This document shows positions 1 through 8,080 of a stretch of 23,805 nucleotides of DNA, in pieces. The notes below the pieces were generated by a model. That model did no database searches and was not told where the DNA came from. It worked only from the letters and a program-made list of their open reading frames with translations. The DNA lies in IMG/VR virus record IMGVR_UViG_2619619130_000001; one strand, written 5' to 3'. How positions within the stretch are numbered: position 1 is the first letter of the stretch; the number at the start of each line of letters is the position of its first letter. The DNA is from a virus. Taxonomy: Duplodnaviria; Heunggongvirae; Uroviricota; Caudoviricetes. Both the position numbers and the translations under genes were made by a program.

Positions 1-49
1 CCGGAGCGGGACTTGAACCCGCACAGCGCGAACGCCGAGGGATTTTAAA
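1..49 (-). other. att core: 3' segment of a tRNA-Leu(UAA)-like gene (anticodon loop to acceptor stem, truncated by window edge); partial copy, not an intact tRNA
   Basis: Reverse complement of 1-49 reads TTTAAAATCCC / long variable arm / GCGGG-TTCAAGT-CCCGC T-arm / acceptor 3' strand, as I recall for enterobacterial tRNA-Leu(UAA). The sequence at 50+ does not continue into a D-arm/5' half. A tyrosine integrase gene lies immediately adjacent. Confidence 0.6.
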
Positions 50-70
50 AACTATCAACCACCATTTATA

Positions 71-88
71 AATCATAACCTTATGATT
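71..88. repeat. 8-bp-arm palindrome AATCATAA-CC-TTATGATT in the att arm region
   Basis: Perfect inverted repeat seen directly in AT-rich DNA between the att core and the int stop; possible accessory-factor site or weak stem-loop. Confidence 0.3.
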
Positions 89-128
89 TTATTAACTTTG
101 CAAATAGCTCTATACGATGCCATTTGAA

Positions 129-171
129 TCTATTGTCACTTTTTATCGCCACTTTTTACCCTCTATTGTCA
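129..171. repeat. Direct repeats TCTATTGTCA (129-138, 162-171) and CACTTTTTA(T/C) (137-146, 150-159); candidate integrase arm-type sites
   Basis: Short direct repeats read off the sequence next to the att core; they overlap the 3' end of int. Confidence 0.3.
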
Positions 172-1157
172 AAAGGGTTCAATTCAACTGCAGCCTCTAA
201 ATGACCTGGAGCAAAATGCGCATAACGCATAGTCATTTTTATATCGCTATGCCCCAGTATTTTTTGCAACACAAGAATATTTCCTCCCCGCATCATAAAA
301 TGACTGGCAAACGTGTGACGTAGCACATGAGTTAATTGCCCATCAGGAAGCTCGATCTTCGCTCTCTTAATTGCAGCGTCAAAAGCCTCATAACATGGTG
401 AAAATAACGCTCCTCGTTTTTTAGGAAGCATAGCCTGCAATTGAGGTGAAATCGGTACAGTGCGGTTCTTCTTTCCTTTAGTTTTAACAAATGTGATTCG
501 ACCGGGCAGCACTTGAGATTGCTTTAATCCTTCAGCTTCACTCCACCGAGCACCAGTCGCAAGCCCAATACGGACAACAACCCCCAAATCTTTATTCCGT
601 GACTCATCACACGCAATCAGAAGGCGTTCAATCTCATCTACATACAGAAACGCCAATTCCTTTTCTTCCTCACGAAACTTGCGAATGCCAGTCAGGGGGT
701 TTTCACCAGACCACTCCCCAAGGCGCTTCAGTTCGGCAAAAACAGCATGTAGATATGACTGCTCGCGATTAACGGTTGCTTCACTAAGTTTTTTCTTCCC
801 CTTGGGATTCCATTCTCCTGATAACCTCCTTTCCCGATAAGTAGCAAACATATTTTTGTCAAACTGAGAAGCAAATGGATCTCCCAGCCTGGAACAAATA
901 GACTCAAGTTTGACTTTGCGCTCTGCACCAGAGGACAAGGTTTTACCGTACATCTCAAACCAACGAGCAACCAACTCAGAAAGACGAGGACCAGAACCAT
1001 CTTGAAACTCGTCTCCAACTCTACTATTCATTAAACGGCGCTCATAAGAGAGCGCCTCACTTTTTGTCGCAAACTGTTTACGAATACGTTTTCCCGATGC
1101 CCCGTAAGGATAACATTCGCAAAGCCATTTACCTGATGGAATCTTACGAACCGACAT
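156..1157 (-). CDS. int: Tyrosine site-specific recombinase (phage integrase)
   Basis: 333-aa ORF with C-terminal catalytic signature HVLRHTFASHFMMRGG...LGHSDIKMTMRYAHF (R..H-x-x-R..Y); sits next to the tRNA-derived att core. Confidence 0.9.
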   Translation of the reverse strand: MSVRKIPSGKWLCECYPYGASGKRIRKQFATKSEALSYERRLMNSRVGDEFQDGSGPRLSELVARWFEMYGKTLSSGAERKVKLESICSRLGDPFASQFDKNMFATYRERRLSGEWNPKGKKKLSEATVNREQSYLHAVFAELKRLGEWSGENPLTGIRKFREEEKELAFLYVDEIERLLIACDESRNKDLGVVVRIGLATGARWSEAEGLKQSQVLPGRITFVKTKGKKNRTVPISPQLQAMLPKKRGALFSPCYEAFDAAIKRAKIELPDGQLTHVLRHTFASHFMMRGGNILVLQKILGHSDIKMTMRYAHFAPGHLEAAVELNPFDNRG

Positions 1158-1162
1158 TTTAG

Positions 1163-1510
1163 TTACTTATCACATAAATCAAATGCAGCCTTAGTGACAT
1201 CTCCCAGATTCTTTTTTAACCCTGGGGCGGCATCATTATCCAGCCAAAATGGATTATTGTTATCTAACGGTAACGCACCAAATGTTTTACCTTTTATTCG
1301 AGCCAAACCTGTAAGCGCATATAACTTATTATCGTCAAAATTCATCACATAAGGATTACCATCTAGACACTGTAACTGAACCTCATCAGTATTAAATGGC
1401 CATACCCCATTGAAACTCTCACGTTCAATATTTTTAAAAGGCATTGCGACGGCAGAAAAAGAAAACATAGATAAAAAAGTAACTAATAGTTGAACATTTT
1501 TTACTTTCAT
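1163..1510 (-). CDS. Small secreted protein (predicted signal peptide, two Cys), function unknown; cargo/moron
   Basis: 115 aa; N-terminus MKVKNVQLLVTFLSMFSFSAVA looks like a Sec signal peptide; AT-rich coding DNA unlike the phage core; same strand as int and repressor. Confidence 0.6.
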   Translation of the reverse strand: MKVKNVQLLVTFLSMFSFSAVAMPFKNIERESFNGVWPFNTDEVQLQCLDGNPYVMNFDDNKLYALTGLARIKGKTFGALPLDNNNPFWLDNDAAPGLKKNLGDVTKAAFDLCDK

Positions 1511-1539
1511 ACCATTACCTCAATTTAGCTCAAGTAAGA

Positions 1540-2190
1540 TTACAAATTAAAAAACATCCTAGAAATGGCACCACCTACCACCCCCCCTACGCAGATAAAG
1601 AATATTATTTCTTTTGGATAAAGTCGGATTAATTCTGAAGCACGAAGTCGGACTTCTGGTAAGGTCGAATTCTCTGTGTTGCTTGATACCGATTGTTGCT
1701 CTAACCACGACAATGCAGACTGCAACTGAGAACGAGTAAGATCGTTTAAACGTCCTGTACCGAAATTGATATGGCAATACCGCAGAAGTTTTTGTCGAAG
1801 TCCACAGTCTTCACTGTTACGTAGTAATAAACTTACAAGAGCCTTACAGGCATCATGATCTTTACATCGCTCAAGCATTGCATGCAGAAAACTCTCCGCT
1901 GTTTTATATTGATTTACTGTCATATCATCAATACCAGCTACACCAATCTCCGCATGTACTTTTTGCCAAATAATAAACGCTTCAGTATTGCTAGCTTCTG
2001 CAATAGCAGCAACCAAGCTATTTAGCTCCTTACGCTGAGCCTTAAGCAAAGGGCGATCGTCATCATCATTATTCGAAGGGATTGCGATATTGACGGTATG
2101 AGAACCATCATATCGCCCTATCTGAATATTCTTTTCGTGAAAATCACGCCCAGCAACGCGATTGTTTGAACCGTTTGAGTTGACGGCCAT
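1540..2190 (-). CDS. Tail-anchored membrane protein (single C-terminal TM helix), function unknown; cargo/moron
   Basis: 216 aa; acidic DDDD linker; hydrophobic C-terminus IIFFICVGGVVGGAISRMFF; AT-rich; its N-terminus repeats a motif from the repressor C-terminus. Confidence 0.6.
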   Translation of the reverse strand: MAVNSNGSNNRVAGRDFHEKNIQIGRYDGSHTVNIAIPSNNDDDDRPLLKAQRKELNSLVAAIAEASNTEAFIIWQKVHAEIGVAGIDDMTVNQYKTAESFLHAMLERCKDHDACKALVSLLLRNSEDCGLRQKLLRYCHINFGTGRLNDLTRSQLQSALSWLEQQSVSSNTENSTLPEVRLRASELIRLYPKEIIFFICVGGVVGGAISRMFFNL

Positions 2191-2205
2191 GTCACCTCCC
2201 TACTA

Positions 2206-2610
2206 TCACCTACCCTTAGTTTCGTTATAGTCACGCCCAGCGATACGGTTATTACCGCCAGAAATATTTAACTCACGTCCTGATGGCTGAGTTTCCTTTT
2301 CACTGGCCGCACCTTTTAAAGCCCCGATCACCGCGTTTTTCACATCTAACGAAGCTGCTCGAAAGCGAGTAATCAACTCCTGCTCATCATCGTTATAAGT
2401 TTCAGGTGAGTGAATTCCCAACACAACATACTGAACATCAAGGCCAAAACGAGACAGCGCTGCCAAATACGCAGCATCAGGAAAGCTATCTCCTTTCTCA
2501 TATCTAAGCTGAGTTAGCTTTTTGACTCCACCAATGTCGCTCATAGCAACTTGACTAAGTCCCAATCTTTCCCTTTCCTCACGCAACCTCTGACCAATAT
2601 CATTTTTCAT
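2206..2610 (-). CDS. HTH (XRE/CI-type) immunity repressor
   Basis: 134 aa; helix-turn-helix LGLSQVAMSDIGGVKKLTQLRYEKG; divergent from the rightward early operon; position equivalent to P2 C / 186 cI next to int. Confidence 0.7.
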   Translation of the reverse strand: MKNDIGQRLREERERLGLSQVAMSDIGGVKKLTQLRYEKGDSFPDAAYLAALSRFGLDVQYVVLGIHSPETYNDDEQELITRFRAASLDVKNAVIGALKGAASEKETQPSGRELNISGGNNRIAGRDYNETKGR

Positions 2611-2685
2611 ACAAAAACCTTGACAGGTATCTTTTTTGATACCAAAATGATTTCACGAGCTATTAGATGATCACAATATATCACT
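2611..2685. promoter_or_regulatory. Divergent early control region (lysogenic vs lytic promoters/operators)
   Basis: 75-bp gap between divergent genes; TTGACA at 2620-2625; palindrome GTATC-N6-GATAC at 2627-2642; TGATCA-containing A/T-rich element before the 2686 start. Confidence 0.45.
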
Positions 2686-2892
2686 ATGAAACAAGTTCTT
2701 CACGATACCAGATCACGCATTCCGCGTAACACCGCCACAGGTCCAAGACTGGCACTTCGGCTGTCCCTCGAGGAGCGAGCCGTCATTGATGAAATGGCAG
2801 CTAAAGAACAACGCTCATCCTCTAACATGGCGCGCATGATCTTCCTTCGCGGCCTAGAGCTAACCCAGAAAGAACAAAACAAATCTTCCTGA
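2686..2892 (+). CDS. Small early regulator (Cro/Cox-position protein)
   Basis: 68 aa, first gene of the rightward operon divergent from the repressor; basic, likely DNA-binding. Confidence 0.5.
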   Translation: MKQVLHDTRSRIPRNTATGPRLALRLSLEERAVIDEMAAKEQRSSSNMARMIFLRGLELTQKEQNKSS

Positions 2893-2908
2893 TCAGGAGG
2901 CTAATGGG

Positions 2909-3112
2909 ATGTCAGGTATAACCATCAATATCAATGTGAATGCCCCCTATGTATCCCTGCAGAAATATGCAGAGATAACAGGTATCCCTCTTAATACATG
3001 CAAAAAGATGTTGGCTGACGGTCGAATTATTATCCGACCCAAACGCGCCAAAATGGAAAAGCCTGAAGTAAACCTTGTGGCGATGTTAAAAGACGCTTTG
3101 GCTAACAGCTAA
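2909..3112 (+). CDS. Small HTH protein, possible excisionase/Cox-Apl-like regulator
   Basis: 67 aa; AGGAGG 8 nt upstream of ATG; HTH-like segment YVSLQKYAEITGIPLNTCKKMLADGRI. Confidence 0.5.
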   Translation: MSGITININVNAPYVSLQKYAEITGIPLNTCKKMLADGRIIIRPKRAKMEKPEVNLVAMLKDALANS

Positions 3113-3133
3113 AACAATGAACAGAGCATCATC

Positions 3134-3484
3134 ATGAAAAAAAACACTAATATTCCATACTCCAAATTTCGTAATGGCGTAGAACGCCACGCTAACCGTT
3201 TCGCTATCAGTACATCACGTAGCAACACTCGCTACAGCCTGAGCGAAACACACGCTACACCTGATGGCCATCCCGTAAAACAAATTGGTGAACACACCTG
3301 GCTGATTGAGAAAGCTGGAATCGTGGTTCACAGATGCCAACGCAACCCATTTACCGGAAACCGCATTTTTGCTCTGAGCAACGGCGACAATCAGTTTGGA
3401 CAGGATTTCACGTTGTACGAAGCTCTGCGCACGGTTGATCGTCTGCTGCGTGGACAGAATTTCATTAAACAGGCTGATTTATAA
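3134..3484 (+). CDS. Hypothetical early protein
   Basis: 116-aa ORF in the early operon, tightly packed. Confidence 0.5.
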   Translation: MKKNTNIPYSKFRNGVERHANRFAISTSRSNTRYSLSETHATPDGHPVKQIGEHTWLIEKAGIVVHRCQRNPFTGNRIFALSNGDNQFGQDFTLYEALRTVDRLLRGQNFIKQADL

Positions 3485-3494
3485 CAGGTGCTTT

Positions 3495-3773
3495 ATGACC
3501 AAAGACCATGCTCAGGGTGTATTTATCCGCTTTATTGATTTTCGCGGTGAGCTGTTGTTGCGCGCATCAGCTATTGATGGAGTGGTTCCGGTAGATAAAA
3601 GCACGGCCACTTACATTTATCTGAACGGCACACGCCTGACCGTAGAGATTCCATATCAACCCGTATGCGAAATTATTAGCGAAGCTGAAAAAGCACGTCA
3701 GGTTAATGGCGATAAACCCTATCTCGAAATTATCTGCATGGATTCAGAAGCTGAAATTCAGAAGGCAGATTAA
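3495..3773 (+). CDS. Hypothetical early protein
   Basis: Internal ATG at 3495 of the 3396..3773 frame, chosen because the upstream part overlaps the previous gene; ACAGGTG precedes it. Confidence 0.5.
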   Translation: MTKDHAQGVFIRFIDFRGELLLRASAIDGVVPVDKSTATYIYLNGTRLTVEIPYQPVCEIISEAEKARQVNGDKPYLEIICMDSEAEIQKAD

Positions 3774-3784
3774 AGGGCGTTGCG

Positions 3785-4027
3785 ATGGATAAAGAATATA
3801 AAACTCTCGTCAATAAAGCACTTGAGCGCTTTCATTTTCGCTTAAACGCATCAGGCGCTCATGCTGAACGCGCAGCCCGAGAGTCATTGACCAGAGCTAT
3901 CAAGAGTATATACGACACGGCTTTTTACGTTGACGACCCGGACGCGCTCGACGAGCTTTCCGTACTCGTCTGCGCCGCAGAAAACGGGGACCATATTGAG
4001 CCATATAAACTGGGAAATATTGCATGA
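3785..4027 (+). CDS. Hypothetical early protein
   Basis: 80-aa ORF, same strand, short spacing. Confidence 0.5.
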   Translation: MDKEYKTLVNKALERFHFRLNASGAHAERAARESLTRAIKSIYDTAFYVDDPDALDELSVLVCAAENGDHIEPYKLGNIA

Positions 4028-4137
4028 GTATATTTATCTCATGGCTTGTTCTGATTATTTCGGTGGCCTGCGCTATTGGGATTATGCGAATTATTAATTC
4101 AGTAAAAAAGATTGAACGCTTTTTCACTGAAGAATAA
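4024..4137 (+). CDS. Possible small hydrophobic peptide (37 aa, single TM)
   Basis: ATG at 4024 overlapping the previous stop (ATGA); translation MSIFISWLVLIISVACAIGIMRIINSVKKIERFFTEE, stop at 4135-4137; below the ORF-track size cutoff. Confidence 0.25.
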   Translation: MSIFISWLVLIISVACAIGIMRIINSVKKIERFFTEE

Positions 4138-4223
4138 CCGCGCAAATAAGACTCCAGGTTAAATAAGAAAATGTGAAAACAATCCGCATTCGCGGAGGTA
4201 TTCGCACACGCCAAGGAGGCGTA

Positions 4224-4427
4224 ATGGCAATTAAGCATTTTCCTGTCGTTCGTTTCACCTCCAGAGGACGTGAATACGAAGTTGACGAACGCCTGATTAC
4301 CACAATCGACAAACACCGTTCAGAAAAGGATGCACATCACATCTATCTCACTGACGGTACTTACTTCTGCGCCACCAACGTGGTGCAGGTGAATCTTATC
4401 AGACAGGTACAGGAGTCACGCAGATGA
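4224..4427 (+). CDS. Hypothetical early protein
   Basis: Strong RBS AAGGAGG then ATG at 4224 (internal start of the 4173..4427 frame). Confidence 0.45.
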   Translation: MAIKHFPVVRFTSRGREYEVDERLITTIDKHRSEKDAHHIYLTDGTYFCATNVVQVNLIRQVQESRR

Positions 4428-4669
4428 CCATTCTGGACTACATCGCTGCCAATCCGGGTTGTAGCGGTGGAGAAATCGCCGCAGCACTGAATACACCAAC
4501 CACAACCATTAATGCGGAGCTACGCCGTCTCTGGCGCAGCGGTTCAGTCATAAGAAAAGAGCGCAAAACAGGCGGTCGCTTTTCTTATCAGGTAAACCCG
4601 ATGCCGTTTGGGTGTAGCAACCCTCTAACCCAGATGTTCAACCAGCTACTGAGAGAAATCAGAGCATGA
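4424..4669 (+). CDS. Small winged-helix DNA-binding protein
   Basis: 81 aa; MTILDYIAANPGCSGGEIAAALNTPTTTINAELRRLWRSGSV resembles wHTH regulators; AGGAG RBS; start overlaps previous stop. Confidence 0.55.
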   Translation: MTILDYIAANPGCSGGEIAAALNTPTTTINAELRRLWRSGSVIRKERKTGGRFSYQVNPMPFGCSNPLTQMFNQLLREIRA

Positions 4670-4810
4670 GCACCTCCAACTGCCGGAAACCACGTCGGGC
4701 TTCAGCAGCTCATCCGGCAGCAAAACAAACTCCGTTAATTCCTGTTCCGGGCCTTTCCTGCACCTTGCGGCAAGAGGCCTTCGCACATCTGCAACAAGAG
4801 GATTGCCGCA

Positions 4811-5176
4811 ATGATTCTCGCCGAAGACTTTTTTGATTACCTGCTGAAAACCGAGCGCGATTTTGGTATTCGCGTTCTCGACCGCTATGCAATGTATCTG
4901 AAATCACTGCCGGAACAGCAGCTCCCGGACGGCCAGATTGTTATTGACGGGCGCTACATGGTTGGTAGCTGCCAGGAGGATTACACACTTTCCCGCATCG
5001 AAAGCGGCACGCCTTCCGTACTGGGTATTTACCTGCGAACTTCATCTCTGATTGCTGATGTAATTGCTGACAGCATTCGCATAACACACCGTTATGCCAG
5101 CACAGAGAGCACCATGCAGGAAATCCAGCGGCTGGCTACCGTCTGCCACAATGCACTGAGCGGAAAGGCGGAGTAG
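4811..5176 (+). CDS. Hypothetical protein upstream of replication gene
   Basis: 121-aa ORF with plausible RBS; ends 6 nt before gene A. An alternative 56-aa ORF (4666-4836) overlaps its start. Confidence 0.45.
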   Translation: MILAEDFFDYLLKTERDFGIRVLDRYAMYLKSLPEQQLPDGQIVIDGRYMVGSCQEDYTLSRIESGTPSVLGIYLRTSSLIADVIADSIRITHRYASTESTMQEIQRLATVCHNALSGKAE

Positions 5177-5181
5177 TCGGC

Positions 5182-8004
5182 GTGGCAACGGAGTACATCA
5201 GAGACTGGCAACAACCACGCCATGCAGTCGGTGGCGAGGGAACGGGGGAGCCTGTCCGCCCCTCCCTTCTTTCTTCCTGGCTGGATGCCTACCGGGCAGA
5301 GAACGAGCGCCGCCAGGAAATGGCTGATGCGGCGTTCTCCGCTGCACCACTGGGCAATCTGATTAATAAAAGCCTGGACGCACAGGAAAAACAGGACAAA
5401 GCCATCACACTGGCAAGAGAAGCCAGAAAGCAGGCACGCGGTGCGGTGGATGAAGCCATGGCCTCGCTGCGTCTGCTGCCGTCCTATCTGCGTGATCCGC
5501 TTATCCGCCATCTCTCTTTCCTGCACAAAAAACAGGAATCTGGCCACCAGAAAGGCAAAAAGAACCAGCAGGCGGAACGCTATGCGAGCGGAACCCTGCG
5601 CAAAATATTCGAACGTCTGGCCCGCACCGACCGTCGCTGGCTGACTCCGGGTTATCGCTCCCTTGCCGGACGTGAACGTCTGGACGATTTGCTGTACCTG
5701 CCACAGCTCAACAAGCACCAGATACAGACGCTGGCCGTCATGACGGCGGCAATGTTCAGCAGCACCTTCGAAAAACTCTGCGATGGCTGTGGCGCGACCG
5801 ACGGCGAGCTGACCATGGATATAACGCTGAAGGCGTATCAGATGCTGGCCCGCATGGCGTTACATCTGCACACAGTGCCGCCGCATTATGACGCACTGAC
5901 AACAGACAAAGACCGGAAGAACGAACCGGACACGGAACTGCTGCCGGGTGCAATCCTCCGCCTGACCTGTGCGGACTGGTGGAAACGCAAACTGTGGCTT
6001 TTACGTTGCGAATGGAGAGAGGAACAACTCCGCGCTGCCTGTCTAGTTTCCAGAAAAACATCACCCTATCTGAGTCAGGACGCATTAAGTGAATTTCGCG
6101 CACAGCGCGAGAAAACACGCGATTTCCTGAAAAGTTTCATGCTGGAAAATGAAGACGGGTTCACGATTGATCTCGAGACAGTGTATTACGCGGGAGTAAG
6201 TAACCCGGTCCACCGTAAGGCAGAAATGATGGCCACCATGAAGGGACTGGAACTTCTGGCCGAAGCCCGTGGCGACAGAGCGGTGTTTCTGACTGTCACC
6301 TGCCCGTCAAAATACCACGCTACAACAGAGAACGGTCATCCGAATCCCAAATGGAACGGCGCCACCATGCGCGATTCCAGTGATTACCTGGTTAACACTT
6401 TTTTTAAGGCGGTCCGCAAAAAACTGAATCGCGACGGCCTGCGCTGGTATGGCATCCGCACGGTGGAGCCACACCATGACGGCACCGTGCACTGGCACAT
6501 GATGGTCTTTGCACATCCTGAAGAAATCGACAGCATCGTGGACATCACCCGTGATATTGCCATTCGCGAAGACCGCCACGAGCTGGGCAATGACATAACT
6601 CCGCGCTTTAAGGCAGAGTACGTCGACGGTTCGAAAGGTACGCCGACCAGCTACATCGCCACCTACATCGGAAAGAACCTGGACAGCCGCGCCGTGGATG
6701 GCATTGACCCGAAAACAGGCAAGCCACGCGTTGATCACGAAACCGGAAAATCAATGGCCGAGAGCGTGGAACGCGCCATCGGCTGGGCGCGCCTTCACCG
6801 CGTCCGCCAGTTCCAGTTCTTTGGTATCCCCTCCCGTCAGGTATGGCGTGAACTCCGCCGCCTTGCCAGTCAGATGGCCCGCAACCCGGAAGGTCCACAA
6901 CGTCTGGAAAATGACGCAATGGATGCGGTACTCGCTGCCGCTGATGCCGGGTGTTTTGCCACCTACATTGAGAAACAGGGTGGCGTACTTGTTCCACGCA
7001 AGGATTACCTGATTCGCACCGCCTACGACCTCGCAGAAGAGCTGAACGATTACGGCGAGCAAAGCGTACAGATTTACGGGATCTGGTCGCCACAAATCGG
7101 GGAATCTTCCCGCGTGTGCACGCACCCGGATAACTGGAAGCTGGTAAGACGTAAACCGGAAGCGGAAGACAGCGCCCGCGAAAATGGTTTTGACCTTCAG
7201 GGCGGCCCTGCCGCCCCTTGGACTCGTGGCAATAACTGTCCCCGTGTACAGGAAACGGACAACAACGGGACAGAACAGCCGGAAGAACGGCCATCACCGT
7301 GGCCGCAGCTTCCTGACGGCGTTGACGTGAATGAATGGATGCGCTCACTGAAACTGCACGAACGCCGGGCGCTGATGCGTTCGCTGCGTGACAAACAGGC
7401 AAAAAACAGCAGTGATGAAATGCAGAACTGGACACAGAGCCGCAAACAGCCACGGCCTTTGCCTGATAACCACGAGTTACTCGCTAAAGAATGGCGGGAG
7501 TCTGCTGAATCTCTCGGCCTGCATATCGGTGAACAGCAGATGCAGCACCTGTTACGGGGCGGCAGTCTGTACGTTGACGGCAGCATCATTGCACCGCAGG
7601 GATTTGAAATTGTACGCAAACCGGATACCCGCCCGGACAGCCGAATCACGCAGCTCTGGCAGCGCCTGAGCCGCAATCACGGCGTAAGCAGCACGGAGAT
7701 CCGCCATAACCCGGTCGCCAGCTATCTGGAACAGCTGGGGGCATCAGACCCCGAAGCCGCCGCACGCCTGGCATCCACACTTCAGCAGGACCAGAACACC
7801 ATGAAAACCCCCGTTACCGTGCTTTCTGACATGCTGCGCGCCATCCGTGACGCAGAGCACGCACAGAGAATCAGTGAAACCACTGAACGCGCCCACCGCA
7901 AAGCAGACCTGCTGCGGGGTAGCCTGACCAGTGGAAACAAAAAACAGACAGAAACGGGATTCACAAATCCCGTAAATGAGCAAAAAACGTGCCGCGATAT
8001 ATGA
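5182..8004 (+). CDS. A: Rolling-circle replication initiator / endonuclease (P2 gpA family)
   Basis: 940 aa; HxH metal motif (VHWHMMVFAH) and paired active-site tyrosines YIATYIGKN; position after early operon as in P2. Apparent GTG start at 5182. Confidence 0.88.
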   Translation: MATEYIRDWQQPRHAVGGEGTGEPVRPSLLSSWLDAYRAENERRQEMADAAFSAAPLGNLINKSLDAQEKQDKAITLAREARKQARGAVDEAMASLRLLPSYLRDPLIRHLSFLHKKQESGHQKGKKNQQAERYASGTLRKIFERLARTDRRWLTPGYRSLAGRERLDDLLYLPQLNKHQIQTLAVMTAAMFSSTFEKLCDGCGATDGELTMDITLKAYQMLARMALHLHTVPPHYDALTTDKDRKNEPDTELLPGAILRLTCADWWKRKLWLLRCEWREEQLRAACLVSRKTSPYLSQDALSEFRAQREKTRDFLKSFMLENEDGFTIDLETVYYAGVSNPVHRKAEMMATMKGLELLAEARGDRAVFLTVTCPSKYHATTENGHPNPKWNGATMRDSSDYLVNTFFKAVRKKLNRDGLRWYGIRTVEPHHDGTVHWHMMVFAHPEEIDSIVDITRDIAIREDRHELGNDITPRFKAEYVDGSKGTPTSYIATYIGKNLDSRAVDGIDPKTGKPRVDHETGKSMAESVERAIGWARLHRVRQFQFFGIPSRQVWRELRRLASQMARNPEGPQRLENDAMDAVLAAADAGCFATYIEKQGGVLVPRKDYLIRTAYDLAEELNDYGEQSVQIYGIWSPQIGESSRVCTHPDNWKLVRRKPEAEDSARENGFDLQGGPAAPWTRGNNCPRVQETDNNGTEQPEERPSPWPQLPDGVDVNEWMRSLKLHERRALMRSLRDKQAKNSSDEMQNWTQSRKQPRPLPDNHELLAKEWRESAESLGLHIGEQQMQHLLRGGSLYVDGSIIAPQGFEIVRKPDTRPDSRITQLWQRLSRNHGVSSTEIRHNPVASYLEQLGASDPEAAARLASTLQQDQNTMKTPVTVLSDMLRAIRDAEHAQRISETTERAHRKADLLRGSLTSGNKKQTETGFTNPVNEQKTCRDI

Positions 8005-8046
8005 AGCGCGCACAAAACAGGCAAAAGCGGGATTTAAAAATCCTGT
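7955..8046. promoter_or_regulatory. Two related palindromic boxes upstream of parM (CGGGATTCACAAATCCCG at 7955-7972; CGGGATTTAAAAATCCTG at 8028-8046); candidate ParR-binding/centromere-like or operator sites
   Basis: Imperfect ~30-bp direct repeat, each copy with an inverted repeat GGGATT-N-AATCC; the first lies in the last codons of A, the second in the A-parM gap. Confidence 0.4.
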
Positions 8047-8080
8047 AACCGATTAATTAATCAACATAAGGAAAAGCGAC

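Noticed and set aside
1-90. Complete tRNA-Leu gene
   Set aside because: Only the anticodon-loop-to-acceptor 3' segment is present; the sequence where the D-arm/5' half should be is unrelated AT-rich DNA, so this is an att-core fragment rather than a functional tRNA.
6608-7453. Minus-strand 281-aa ORF (and others at 5092-5718, 5756-6118, 6307-6738, 7197-7676)
   Set aside because: All lie antisense within replication gene A, which carries the diagnostic HxH and YxxxY motifs; typical GC-rich antisense open frames.
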